Assembly: GCA_030704615.1 (NCBI GenBank) | Contig: CM060733.1 | Location: forward strand, 11,966,001 to 12,030,000 | Length of the DNA stretch: 64,000 bases | Origin: Takakia lepidozioides | Taxonomy: Eukaryota; Plantae; Bryophyta | Direction: 5' to 3' | In this document: positions 13,167-26,190 of the stretch, one piece after another | Position numbering within the stretch: position 1 is the first letter of the stretch | How the letters are laid out: every line of letters begins with the position of its first letter | The notes under the pieces: model-generated | What the model was told of the DNA's origin: nothing | Seen by the model: only the letters and a program-made list of their open reading frames with translations | Database searches by the model: none | Position numbers and translations under genes: made by a program

Positions 13167-14725
13167 ATGAATTTCGGCACCGAAATCCGGATGAACATCT
13201 GTGTCATGTAACAGATTTGGAAGCCACGAGATGAATTCCTGCGACAGAATTCGAAATTAGTTCACCTCATGAAACTGAGCAAGCACCTGACGGATGGATT
13301 TCGGTGCCGAAATTCGGAAGAACATGTTCTTCATGAAATTGTTTCTGCACACAAATGATGAATTTCGACGCCAAAATATGGATGAATGTGTTTGTGATTA
13401 GAGTCATCATTCACCACGTGTAAGGATTTCGGTGCCGAAATCCAGATGAGAGTAACCCTGAATCTGCAATAGGGATGAATTTCGGCGCCGAAATTCATTC
13501 TTCTTGTGCTTTTTGGAACGTCTTCTATTGTCCGCCGGATGAATTTCGGCGCCGAAATTCATTCTTCTTGTGCTTTTTGGAATGTCTTCTGCTGTCCGCC
13601 GGATGAATTTCGGCGCCGAAATTCATCCGAAGTCCTCCCTTCATTTTGTTCTTCTTTGCGACCGATGAATTTCGGCGCCGAAATTCATCCAAAGTCCTCC
13701 CTTCAAATAATTTATTTTCTTTGCGAGCAATGAATTTCGGCGCCGAAATTCATCCAAAGTCCTCCTTCCAATATTTATTTTTCTTTGAGATCGATGAATT
13801 TCGGCGCCGAAATTCATCCCTACTGTCGGCAAAGGTAACTCCAATATTACATTTTCCATGCGACGGATGAATTTTGGCACCGAAATTCATCTGAACCCGA
13901 CACTTACTTCTTGCTTCTGGATGATGTAAGGTTCCGAAATTCATTTGAAATAACCCATGCAGACGAAGAAAACACGAATATTCAGCATTAAATGGAGAAA
14001 TCGGCACATTTAACCCCTTATGTCTTTCAAAAGACCGTTATCCAATGACGAAAGGGGATATTTTCTCAGGTTCGGGGAAACTTCATTGCATTTTAGCCGT
14101 TGTTTTCATTTGAAACTGACCGTATCCATTAAGTGGTCATTTCTCGTACAGGAGGTTGCCGCAAATAAAGTATAATTTCGGCACCGAAATTATACATAAC
14201 AGTCCAGACATGGCACGTCCAACAGGCATGGACAGCAACCGCGAGGGGCACTGATGGCAGCAAAGCGTGGCATGTTGCAGGTTTACTCTTCGGGTTGGAC
14301 ATTTTTCGGCGCCAAAATATGGATGATTTCAGCTCATTTGCTCGCGGATGGAGATATTATTAACGAATATCGGCGCCGAAATATGGATGAAATGTCTCCC
14401 AGTGCAGCGTTCTGCACAGTTCCGGAATTAATTCCGGATCCGATATCCGACTGACAGGTGTGCTCATGATGGATGAGGACTGGGGAAGCGATGAATTTCA
14501 GTGCCGAAATTCATATGTTTGTGTATGAAAGCACTTGCATAGGATGAATTTCGGCGCCGAAATTCATCCGTCCGCTGGTGAAACGCGTCGACCTGACTTT
14601 TGAATGTCGGTAGGCAGGGGAATTTCATGGCGGTTGGGTTTCATGATGTGCGGATAGTGCATTCAATGCCGGCTGCTCCGGGAACAACATCCGGTGAACG
14701 GAATGGTATTTCGACGCCGCAATTC
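13167..14725. repeat. Array of ~26-bp palindromes GATGAATTTCGGCGCCGAAATTCATC (~17-20 copies including degenerate ones)
   Basis: Core hexamer starts at 13176, 13303, 13367, 13431, 13484, 13548, 13612, 13674, 13739, 13803, 13876, 14180, 14308, 14372, 14500, 14553, 14713; perfect 30-bp palindrome at 13600-13629. Confidence 0.95.
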
Positions 14726-15235
14726 GAATAAAGCGTCTTCTACTGCTAGCTTGAACAGGCACGCGTCGCGTTCCAGTCGACTTCATCCGTGCGAACGTGT
14801 CAGGGGTCGCAATCTCTTCATCACCCATACGGCGGAAAGTGGTGGACGGTGGCAACGCTTGGGGAGACGTGGTTGCTTGCGCATCTGCTCGTACACAGTG
14901 GTTGCATGTTCCACCGCTTCGCTCTCTCGCTCCTTGCCCTTCTGCGATGACATTCTCCTGCGTTTCCTCTCCTTATGCAGCATAGTGATAGCATAGAGTT
15001 TGTGAAAGGTCAGGCGACTCCGGCGCAGAGAAGGAGGACGCGGGATTTTGGGAAGCCGCCGACGACACGACTTAAGCTCCGTCATGCAGGAAATGCAGAC
15101 CTCGTTATCCGGAGACTCGAATCGCCCACCAGTGAGAGATTTGTGCTTCGCGGATGTGAAACACTCCATACGCACTATTCATTTTACACCATTTTTTTTT
15201 GCGTGCAGTGTGCCATGTTTTCCTGTTTGTTTGAC

Positions 15236-17345
15236 ATGGGAGCTGGGGAGGGATCGCAGGGTGGTGAGCCAACACAATCAACTTTGGATACTCCTGCCCG
15301 GGTGCTGCGCTCGCAAGGTGGAAGTGCATCGAGGCAGGCGACTCCTCACAGAATACCTCAGAAATCGGCTCAAAAAAGCCCACCTAGAGTCCGGAAGCCG
15401 AGGAAGCAAAAGGAGCCCATGGCTTCACCTGTAAAACCACTTGGGAGACTGGAAGCCAAGATATTGGGTTTGCAGGCAGTTTTCAGAAAAAACGGATGCG
15501 GTGGAGGCCGCTGGAGATGTCAGACTCGGATCTGCAGAAGGGCGGCCTATTGAGCTGACAGAAGCAGAGGACGACAACGTGGGTGCGACTTGACGACTTC
15601 CCAGGAGATCAGAACCTGGTAGAGCTTGCAGAGGAGCAAAACCTCCAGGATAGCAGACAGACTGGTGAGAGAGGTGAGAGAAGTCAGAAACTGGTGGCGG
15701 GTATGCTCATTAGCGCACGAGACATGAACATAGCAGCAAACAGGTTGTTGGCAGAGACTCATAGCAATATAGGCCGCGTTTTGGGCTCCATGGTGTATCC
15801 GGAGAACCTCAAAGTTCCTTTGTGTCGCATGGTTAGCCTTCCAGTTATAAGGCAAGCACTGCCAGGGGACATCGATCGACTGAAGCACAACTTCAGAGAG
15901 GGGTACAGACGGGGGTCGGCAACATTCTACGTTTCCATTGAGAATGACCAGGGTGTCACAAGGGGCCCCACTGCAGAGGAGCTTCAGAATTGGAGCCCCC
16001 ACTGGCACACTGTAAATGCCGAGTTTGAAGCCTCTCTGAAGACTAATCCCACATTCGCACACATGGCAGGGAAGATGTTCTTTGTTTGGGACAGGAACCA
16101 CAGGATGCTTGCCTGGACAAAGTACATTGTTGAAATGCATCCGCAAGGTATCAATTGGCATTACATGGTGGACTGCATTGTCGTGAAGGTGGACGTCAGG
16201 AACAGAGGACTGCTGAAGGGTGCCATGGCGGATATAAATCTGTAAGTATACTACTACATCCTTGTGTAGTGCCTATTGCGGTGCCGAAATAGGCAATGTT
16301 CTTGACTGTCATCCACTCTATGAACTGGAAATTGGATTGCTGTGCCGAAATCTGGTTATTTTTGTATCATGTTTTCATGTTGTTCATTTTTTTTTTCTCC
16401 ATGGCAGGGTAACAGAGAGGGCCTTCGTGGAAACTCACCTGGAACATATGCTCTACAGAGTGTAAGAAGTAGGCACAGCACCGCTGACGGACTTGCAAAA
16501 ATCCCTCGATCCCGAGCTGTACAGGAAGTCCCTTGCGAAAGCGGATCGCACCTGGTACCGACCAATACTGGACGCCATGGTGGAGATCCTCTATTCGGTG
16601 AGGTTCATCTCAAATTTCCTGATTTAATGTTATTTCTTGCAGGGATCAGTGGCCTGACTGTATCCGCTGGATGTGTGATTACTTGGCCTATGCCAAAAGG
16701 CAGTTCTTTGAGAGTGATGCCCCCAACAAGGCGGACGCGTCGATAGAGAGTCACATTGTGCAGGCAGGGAGGCAATCACGGACCAAGTACAGGTCCAAAC
16801 TTGTGAAGCAAGTTGCAATCGCTGACCCTAGTCTTGGTGCCGAGTTCCTGGCGGAGATAGGACTGCTTACTCCAGACCCATGAAACCGGAAATATCCATG
16901 GAGAAACTTCATCACATCGCACTGTCATGTGTTGAGCCGGCGGAGAAGGTTAGCATGTGTTTGTTCTTGTTTTGTGTCTTCTCGCGATTCTCATGATGAG
17001 GTTCTTTTGTCTGACCGATGTTAGGCCATGCAGACAAGGTGGCTGCGAATCTGGAACGGCCATACAAACATGAAGCTGTTGTACCACCTTCCCATCGAGC
17101 CAACAGATGAACGACTGGCTCAATGTGATGACTTGGTGGCATCAAGTATAATTTCCTCATCTTTTGTGTGTTGGACATCATCGCAATTTCAAATTCATGA
17201 ATGTTTTGGAGACCTGCACTGCTGCAGGTACTGACCCACGCCTAGGAGCAATTGGATTGCAACACCACCACTTTCAAGTTACAGATCGACTGGACGAAAC
17301 CGGAGACAATAGAGAACTACGTGCAATCCTGGTGCAATCCCCGCA
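15236..17345 (+). pseudogene. 5' part of a ParB-like domain / amino-methyltransferase gene (multi-exon)
   Basis: VPLCRMVSLPVIRQ...IDRLKHNFREGY...FYVSI...MFFVWDRNHRMLAW resembles the ParB/Srx DG(N/H)HR motif (AGG for GGG); GT-AG intron 16242-16407 splices in frame; premature stops present. Confidence 0.7.
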
Positions 17346-17380
17346 CTCTCCTCTTCTCCTGATGGTACAAAAGCCTTCAC

Positions 17381-18118
17381 CTAGACTTGTTGCACCCGTC
17401 GATCAGCAACCCGCTGCAAATCCTTGCTCGTGCCCCACAATGGAGTATGAGCAACCATGGCAGGCAACTCCGCCATACCATACATGTCATCATGCTCTCC
17501 TGGAGGTGGCACATCCTCTGAATGAGCGTTGCCCTCAAGCAACTCTCCAGGCCAACTCACTGCCGCTGTGAATGCTGCTAGTGTCGGTATCTTGCCTCGC
17601 TGGGCAACCGCAACTCCTCCTATGAACGTCACAAGGAGCCGCACACGTTGGCCCTCCCCTAACTGCCATCCAGGCCTATAGGAAGCTGACTCCTCCCAAA
17701 AATCCAGGGTGAAGCCCATGGGGTACAACACTGCCCCACCAACCAGGACATCGTATGAGACCGCGTCTGTCACAATGGCCTTGGCTCGCATCACTGAGCC
17801 ATCTGTAGGGTGATCCGGCCGTAGTCTGATAGCCAACTTACGCCGTGTCATGCCCCGAGCCTGCTCCGATCCTCCCAGAGACGTCTGTATCTGGAAAGGA
17901 CAAGGCTCCATATCCGCCTCCGTGAGGCCCAAGCCTGCAATAGCAGCTCTGCCCAGCATCAATGGCTGAGCTCCCGAGTCCAACAAGACCCGCAGTGGCC
18001 GGTACCTCTTGCCTGCCGGTCCACTCAAACAGAAAATGTCATCCTGGTTGTCTAACATGACAACTCCAAGTGTCACCATGGCGCGCTCAATGGCTGGCCT
18101 AGCTGGCAGCTCCATCAA
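17381..18118 (-). pseudogene. Retroviral-type aspartic protease
   Basis: LRVLLDSGAQPLMLG...YDVLVG motifs. Confidence 0.85.
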
Positions 18119-18449
18119 CCTGGCGCCGCCGTGGCAGTCTTGATCCTCAAATCCGAGGATCCCTCCGGTACTACACCTCCCACTATCTCCGCAGAAGATG
18201 AAGTAATCTCCCCACTCTCATAGAGTGTAGCTGCCAGCCTGAACACCTCAGCTGGTCTTACCCCCGGTGTCGCAATCATGGTAGTCGAGAACAATGGAGC
18301 CTGACACACAGATGTGGCCGCTCCCAGCAGCACACTAGCTGCCATAGCCTTGACAACACTAGGTAGTGGTGCTACCCGTGTAGTTCTCCCCAATGGCATA
18401 GTAACCTCCGCCTCGGTAACAGTCGGGCGAGAACTCGTGGCTCAGGAAC

Positions 18450-19844
18450 TCATGCTGCTCCTCGAGTCACGGCTGCAGCAGACTCCACCTGCACTAGTGG
18501 TAGTGCTACTCCGCTCATGAATCCCACTCCCATATCTTCTCCCTCAGGAGCAGGAGGTGGACCATCCGGCTTTGGAGCCGGTACCACCTGAGCTGTAGCC
18601 ATGGCAGCGAGCCTCTGCTCTAGCTGTTGAAGCCGGTTGGCCATGCCTTGGTCAACACCCTAACCTCCGCGTCCTTGGCCATGTTGAGCTTGCCCTTGGC
18701 CTGCACCTCGTGCCTGGCCACCTCGTCCTCTCTGGGCTGCTCCACCTCACCCCCGGCCACCATTGTTCCCTTGGAACTGGCCTGGGCGCAACTCAGGATG
18801 CAAACCATAACACTGGGCCTGTCCATGCCTGTGCTTGCCACAATGCCCACACTGCAACTGTGCAGGCTGTGCATGTGCCGGCCCTTTGCCTCCCTCTGGG
18901 CAATCCTTCTTGACATGGGGTCCTCCACATGTCCAGCACACCACATCCGCCCGTTGTTGGCCAGCAAATGAAGGGAGAGACCCCTGCATCTGAGGTCCTC
19001 TCTGCCCTTCCCTGAGCTTCACCTGAGCCCCCTTGTTGCCTTGAGCATGTTGAGGTAGTGGTTGGCTAGGAGCACCACTACCCCGTGGTGTCTCCTTAGC
19101 AAATCCCACCATGACCACTCATTCCTCCACCATGTTGAGCTCTATCCGCTCTGCCAGCAAAAACACATTTGCTAAGGTGGGTTGGGCCGCTTGTAGAAGT
19201 CCCTCTCAACTCTTCGAAGAACTCCACAACAGGGTTGAAGGTAGGCACGGGTACTAGTGCTGGTGCAGTAGTGGCTTGGGTGGAGATCGTAGCTACTATA
19301 CCACCAGTCCCACTAGTCCCACTGCTGCTTGCTGAAGCTGCCGGTGCAGCGGCAGGTGTAGCCACTGCCCTCGTGGCTCTCGTGCCCCTAGTGATGGAGA
19401 CATAGTCGGGTGACCAGTACATGCTCCACTCCTCGATCTCAACCTCATGCCCCCGCCTGAACTCATGGTAATCATCCATAGGCGGCCCCTCAAGGTCCCC
19501 TTCCATGCCATGAAAGACGTAAATAGTTGTGGATTGCGCATTTGCTGCAAATCACACCAACTATCAAACTCTTGGATAAAATCATCCAACTCAATGGTGC
19601 CCACCGCCCCAGAGTACCTTCGTGGCCCCTTGGTAGCTCCATACATCTCCTCCATTGTGTCCCACAACAATGGCAAGGAAACAACTTGCACCGCCGGTAT
19701 GAGTCCTCCTGATTCATAATCTGAATCAGAACCTTCCGTAGAAGACACAAGAGGTGAAGGTGGCCTAAACCGCACACCTCGTCTCGTGTACCCACTAATA
19801 TCGCTAGTGCTTGAACCGGCACTGTCCCCAGCAACTAGTGGCAC
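18450..19844 (-). pseudogene. Gag with two zinc knuckles, frameshifted
   Basis: ELDDFIQEFDSWCD; CWTCGGPHVKKDC and CGHCGKHRHGQAQC. Confidence 0.8.
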
Positions 19845-20559
19845 CTCCGTGTTGACAAACTGTCATTCAACCGGTCATGAACATGTCCCTAACCCCCTCT
19901 CCACAAGGTAACCGGGTAGAGAACCTGTTGCGGCTTATGGTTTGGAATACTAGGTTCCTAACATAGCCTACACCTGTACCTGCATCCACCGCAAGCACTC
20001 CTATGGTTGGCTGGTCATCACCTCCAACCTCACCATAGGAGAAACAATGATGGTCTGGCTGGTCATCACCCCAGCCTCACCATCGACAACATGCTCTAGG
20101 ACTGGCCGGTGATTAAATCCGGACCAATCACCTATAAAAACAAGCGCCCACACAAAACTAGCTGGCGCACAGTCAAGCATACAGGTATGGAGGGGATCCA
20201 AACACAAAAAATCATAACGACAACTCCCCTACACCAAAAACAACTCCACGGTGTTGCTCCTGCAAGGACACCCTAGCCCAAACTCGGACTGACTCTTGCC
20301 TCCACCTACGGAAAGGTCTTTGCCTAATGAAAAGGTGGAAACTACGAGGAAGAGAAGCTAAAGCAATGCCTAACCCCAGCATGCCCTCATCCCAACACTC
20401 TTTTTCTCATCTCTTCTCTCACTTGCATGACCATGGGAATATCATGAAGATACTCCTCAAACCGCCCTCCACGAGCTTCAAAATTCGGCCTTCAAGACCA
20501 CATGCCAGTCCTTAGGCAGTCCACAACTGCCTCCACGAGTCAGCACAGGCCGTCCACAG

Positions 20560-21065
20560 GTCAACATGGGCCACCACAGACCAGCACAGGCCCACACAGA
20601 TCACTGGTCACAGCCGTCACAGCCCCACACAGGTCACAGGGTCACAGCCCGTCACAGCCCCAAAGGCCACATGTCACAGCCTGTCACAGCCCTACAAAGG
20701 TCACAGGGTCACAGCCCCAAAGGCCACAGCCTATCACAGCCCCTCACAACCCCATAGGCCACAGGGCACAGCCTGTCACAGCCCCTCACAGCCCCTCACA
20801 GCCCCTCATAGCCCATCACAGCTTGTCACAGCCCCACAGGCCACAGGGCACAGCCCCTCACAGCCCCTCACAGCTTGTCACAGCCCATCACAGCCCCACA
20901 GGCCACAGGGCACAGCCCATCACAACCCATCACAGCCTGTCACAGCCCCACAGGCCACATGGCACAGCCCGTCACAGCCTGTCACAGCCCCACAGGCCAC
21001 AGGGCACAGCCTGTCACAGCCCATCACAGCCTGTCACAACCCGTCACAGCCCCACAGGCCACTCA
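20560..21065. repeat. Low-complexity GTCACAGCCC/CACAGG tandem repeat in the retroelement leader
   Basis: Dozens of 9-10-bp CACAGCCC units. Confidence 0.9.
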
Positions 21066-21489
21066 TGACAGTTTAGCCATTTCTCCAAGGGGTTTAGCCA
21101 CGCCAAGCTAGGGTTTGTGTCTCTTGGACTCTAGGCTTCTTTGCACCGAGCTATGGCGGCTGTGAAGAAATCAGCAAGGTATTCTTGCTCTTTTGGTTCC
21201 CACACACTACCAATAGTAGCCCTAAGCCATGAGGAAGATGGTTGCCACAAACCAAGCTTTCTTTCTCACTTAGACTCCCCAAACACGCCACTAAACTCAA
21301 TGGCAAACAACCAAGCCTTGCTGGTTTCCAGCCCTTGTGAGCACTCATTCAAGCGTTTTCCTTGGCCATAACATCTGTCTTAGAGCCTATTCCAGCCCCC
21401 TACATCTGCCACTTCAAGAGCCATGCTCTATCTAGGCTTGAGGTTGAAACCCCAACTAAGAACACGCTCTACAAGTGTCGGACTGTCAC

Positions 21490-21960
21490 ATAAGAGCAGA
21501 TCAGCCCCTTACCTTCTCTTCTAGTTCTCTAAAGCTTGAAAACAAAAGCCCAATGGACTGAAGGCATGCTCCACACATGCCCCACTCTCACCACAAGAGA
21601 ATCAGCCCCTTTGCTTCCTTTCTTACACCCACCAACCTGAAAATACAAGCTTCAGCGGGCTGGAAGCATGCTCCACACATGCCCTACAGGGAAACCAGCC
21701 CCTTCCTTCCTTTCTTACACTCCCAAACCTGAAAGTACAAGCCTTCAACAGGCTGAAAACATGCTCCACACATGCATTGCCCTCACATAAGGGAAGTCAG
21801 CCCTTCCCTCTTCCTTGTTTGCCCTCCAAGCTCGAAGATGGAAGCTTCAATGAGATGAATACATGCTCCACACATGCAACCTCTTCACACAAGATGTATC
21901 AGCCCCCTATCTTGGCTCCTTGGCTCCTTGATGCTCTCTAAGACAAGACTAAGCACTCCA
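21490..21960. repeat. Diverged tandem repeat (~95-105 bp units) in the retroelement leader
   Basis: Recurring CATGCTCCACACATG (21565, 21668, 21760, 21862) and TCAGCCCC. Confidence 0.7.
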
Positions 21961-22592
21961 CAACCTTTGCCAAGCTCCTAAAACCCTAAGGGTTACATTT
22001 CCAGCCACAAGACACTCCTCTTGTGGTGCAAGAGCTCTTCTTCCAAGCTCTGAAACCCTAGGTGCAGATTCCATGGCCTTGCCGCACCTCTTAGCTCATG
22101 TTCTAGCCCTGCTCTTGCCATGACAAGAGCCCTCTCAATGCTGAAGCTCGAGATTGAAACCCAATCTCAACATACTCCACAAAGTGCACTGATTTGCCCC
22201 AAGCCAAATCAGCCCTTTTGCTTGGTCTTGCAATCCTTCACACAATGAAAGCTCGCATTCCTAAGTCCAGTTCTCAGCTTTGCCACCAAAGCCACTATAA
22301 CCTGCTCTTGACTGGTCCTCTTCCCAATCGTGCTTGCTCATGCATGTACACAATTTAAAACCATCAAGGTGCTCTGGAATTACCTGCAGCATGGTGCTTT
22401 CATCTTTGAAGCTGAAGATCGAATGCCAAGGTCTACCACCTCGTAACCCACATCGCCTCCGCTTCTAACAACCAAGAGCTCCACGGTGCTCCTTGCATAA
22501 CAACCTGGTTTCTCTCATTCTCAAGCAAAAACCACAAGTGCTACAACTAACTTGTATCTGGCACTCACAGATACGAGCTGATCTTTCTTGAG

Positions 22593-22919
22593 TGATAAAG
22601 AAGAAGAATACAAGCACAAGCTCATGCGAGCTCACAAAGCTGAAGCATAAACTCATGCATATATAACCTCATCACTCAAATACAAGTCAAGCCAAGTGCA
22701 CCCCACGCCATGGGAAATCCACACTACGGCGCCATAGCTAGGCGCGGTGAGGCTCAACTCGAGAAAGATGAGCCTCCCGCGCTTGCCGTGAAGATAACCA
22801 CTCCAGGGCCTAAATCTGCCTTGACCCCTGGATTGACACTTGGGCCAATCCCAAATGTCAATATGTAAAAACTAGCTATTTCCTAGCTAGTTTCACACTA
22901 GTGGAAAAATAACTTGACA
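22593..22919 (-). repeat. Terminal repeat A1 of the DNMT retroelement
   Basis: TGTCAAG...TTTATCA on minus strand, nearly identical to 26839-27164. Confidence 0.9.
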
Positions 22920-24026
22920 ACTCCATCATCTTTGTGTAGCCGGGAGTGTCCTCCATATCATTGCTAGTGGCCTTCCTCTTCCCCTTCCCCTGGTGGGCCT
23001 CGATCGCCTTCCTCAATCTCATTTTCTCCAGCCTTCTGGTCAGAGCACTTAGGAAATTTTCATTAACACACTCCACAATTGTGGGTGTTTTGAGGACTTC
23101 CCTGCCCGCAATGTGCACCGCACGGTAGGGTCTGCCAGGTGCATCCTCGTATAGTGATCTCTTCGTAGCCGAACCCCCAGAGCGCTGGCCCTTGTGAATT
23201 TTCGGACGAGGTGTGGCCCCCTGGGTGTTATCCTGCTGGAAATCGTCGTCGGAATCCTCGTCATCTGGCTGACTATGTTGCTACTTCTTCTTCTTGGGTG
23301 TGGGGCTCTTTGTCTCTTGCCCTTGTTTGCGCGTTCTTTTCTTCCTGTCCTTGGGGCTGCTCAGCTGCCTGCTTCTCCATCTGCTCCTTCGCCAACGCTG
23401 CCGCCTTGGCTGACTTTCTCAATGCTTTCTGCTTTGCTGCCTCCTCTGCTTTCAGTTTTTCCGCGTCCTCTGGTTGGGGATCCAAATGCGCCTTCATAGC
23501 CCGGGCATTTCAAGTTAACCTCCGAGAGGTCAACGGTCCCACTTGGGAGATCCACATACCAGGGACAGTCTACCAAATGCTCGGCATGCCACTCCTTCGC
23601 CATTACTTTTGTGTACATGGTACCACGATCTCCAGGTGTCCTCCACGCCAGGAAGAATGGTGGAACCCTTTGAATGGCTCCGGACGGAATGAGAGCAAAA
23701 TTTATGTACCTGCAATCACGAGCCAGTTCAACAAAAATTTTGCTACTGATGCATCATGCAAGAGGAAGTTCTGAATGCAGAAGGTATTTTGGCACCGAAA
23801 TACGCAGTGGACCGTGCCCCAATTACCAGCATTCACATCTTGCAGAGGTATATTTCGGCGCCGCAATACCCACCGCTGCTTAGCTAAATCCTCAAAACTG
23901 CAAATAGGGGGATGCATTGGCAGCAGATTACCTGAACAGGACTCGCATTGCCGCTTTGTCGGCACCCTCATGCTCTTCGATGTATGCGATGCGTCTTGCC
24001 TTTGCAATTTCTCTGAAAAAGAGGTT
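22920..24026 (-). pseudogene. Middle exons of the ParB-MTase gene, displaced by the inversion
   Basis: NLFFREIAKARRIAYIEEH..., K/E/A-rich coil, ...DMEDTPGYTKMME, which joins in frame to EYFVAM at 27349 once the retroelement and one TSD are removed. Confidence 0.75.
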
Positions 24027-24030
24027 TGCG

Positions 24031-25100
24031 AAGTGCCCTCGCCAGGACTCAGTTGTCTCCATTGGACACCACACCTATTGTGTGGCAGTATCCGGATGAA
24101 GGCATTTGTCTTCTGGACTTGTTTGGCGAGATCAGCACCGGATTGGCTGCTGTGTTACAGGCAGGTGTACGAGTTTGGCGTTACCTGTATGTGGAGAGGG
24201 ATGAGACTGCACGACGCGTTTCACTTCGCCATGTTGCTCAGTTGGTGCAACGGTACCCTGAGTTGTTGCCGGTGTCTACAGTTCGTGGATATCAGCAGGC
24301 CTTGCCAACAGACATTTCGTTGTTGGGGACGCAGGATTTGGAGCGGGTTGGCTCTTGATCTGGTAGTGGCAGGTTGGCCCTGCCAAGGGCATTCATCAGC
24401 CGGGCATGGCAATGGATTGCGAGACTCGAGGTCGGGTCTGTTTTGGGAGATGGTGCGGGTTTTGCACCACTTGCAGCTTCATCAAGTTGTATCTCCAACA
24501 TACATCTTGGAGAATGTGCCACTGATGGGCGATTCTCGGGCCAGGGTGATGGCCAGTGTGCATCAAGTCCGGGGTGGCTTGGGTCAGCAGTGTTGCTAGA
24601 TGCAGCTACAGTGGGGTCACGGGCTCATCGTCCACGGCTATGGTGGACTAACTTGATGCCACCCGCACTGCTCAAGCGTGCATTTGATGGGGTGCAGCGG
24701 CCAACACATCTCACAGTGGATAGCATTCTGGACACAGGAAGGCAGTCTCAGCGTGTGAGACACAACGACCGTTCGCCTTTGGCAGTGGTCAACAAGGTGG
24801 GTCAACCACGAGCAGCATTACCTACACTGCTCAGCTTCCCAGGATCGCATGCTTTCCGGGATAGTGGACCTAGTCTCCTGTGGGATGCTCAGTTGCAGCA
24901 GTTAGTGGAGCCTAATGCTGACGAGCGTGAGCGGGCAATGGGTTTTACCACTGGTACCACGGCGGTGTCGTCTCTTTCTGAGGCATCACGTTGTCAGGTG
25001 TTAGGGCAAGCAATGGATCTCAATTGCTTGACCTGGATTATCAGCTTGGCTATGGCTGAGCAACGCAGAATGCGGAGTACACTTCCCTCGATGGTCTCTC
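24031..25100 (+). pseudogene. C5 cytosine DNA methyltransferase domain within pol, two frameshifts
   Basis: Motifs I LLDLFGEI, II YVERD, IV AGWPCQG, VI YILENV, VIII AHRPRLWW, X VLGQAM in canonical order. Confidence 0.9.
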
Positions 25101-25419
25101 TGCCTACTGAGACGGTACAAGCAGTGAGTGGGGGCGAGCATGTGAGGACCACGGGGTGCAGGCATCCATGGCACACGTGGGAGGTGCTCGAGGTTCAGAG
25201 GGAGTTGGCAGCCAAGGTGGCGGTGATGGATGAGGTTGGGGATTTTTCTTGGGTGGAGGAAGTCCTTGAGGATGAGATGATGGGGCAGGATGAGGCCTTG
25301 TCACTGACTGAGCAGGTAGGGAGCACTACTCAAGAGGTTGCAACATAGCAACCACTAGATGCGTCCTCTACCTCTAAGCCCACTGGACTTAAGGTTGCAG
25401 TTACGGAGGACAATTGGGA

Positions 25420-26190
25420 GCCTGACATTGGACCCATTGTCACCGGAGGAGAGAGACGACGTATACGGCGGTTCCTGAGGGCTTACAGGAATTGCTTTGC
25501 CTTCAGTTTGAAGGACTTGGGAGCACTGAAGGGTCAAGAGATTCGTATTGAGTTGGCCACTGACACGCCAATCTTTCGGAGACCCTATAGATACAGTGAC
25601 ATGGAGAGGTCTTTGCTTCAAATGAGGACTCAAGATCTCTGGGAGGCAGGTTTGGTGGAGCTCTTTGGTGGAGAGTATGCTTCAGCCATAGTGATGCCAG
25701 CCAAGAAGGATGTCTATGGCAATTGGACGGAGAGACGTATGTGCGGTGATTACCGGCCTGTAAATCGTCAGACCAAGTCCGATAAGTATGCCATGCCAAC
25801 ACCAGAGGAGATCTATGATGCCATTGGGCATGCTAAGGTCTTTAGCACTTTGGATTTACGATCCGGATATCACCAGTTGCCGATCAAGGAGGCGAACAAG
25901 CAGAAGACGGCATTCTGGGGGATCAATGAGCACGGCAAGGATTGTCTATATCAGTGGCGGTTCTTACCATTTAGGCTTAAGAACGCTCTTGCAGAGTTTC
26001 AAAGAGTCATGGATAGGATTCTAGCAGGGGTGGACTTTGCTCGGTGCTACATAGATCACATCATCATCTTTAGTGCTACGGTGGAGGAGCATGAGAGACA
26101 TCTTCAGGTGGTATTGGAGCGCTTGAGAGCGCACGGATTGAAGTTGCATCCGGGGAAGTGCAAGTTTTTCCACAACCAGGTTGAGTATCT
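25420..26190 (+). pseudogene. Ty3/gypsy reverse transcriptase; RNase H and integrase deleted downstream
   Basis: RMCGDYRPVN, FSTLDLRSGYHQ, LPFRLKNA, CYIDHI (YxDD mutated), GKCKF...VEYL. Confidence 0.92.

Noticed and set aside
13474-13890. CRISPR array (26-bp palindromic repeat with ~38-bp spacers)
   Set aside because: Adjacent spacers are related to each other, the repeat is a loop-less perfect palindrome, no cas genes are present, and the context is eukaryotic with introns
20502-21111. His/Pro/Ser-rich ORFs
   Set aside because: By-products of the CACAGCCC tandem repeat on the antisense strand of the retroelement leader
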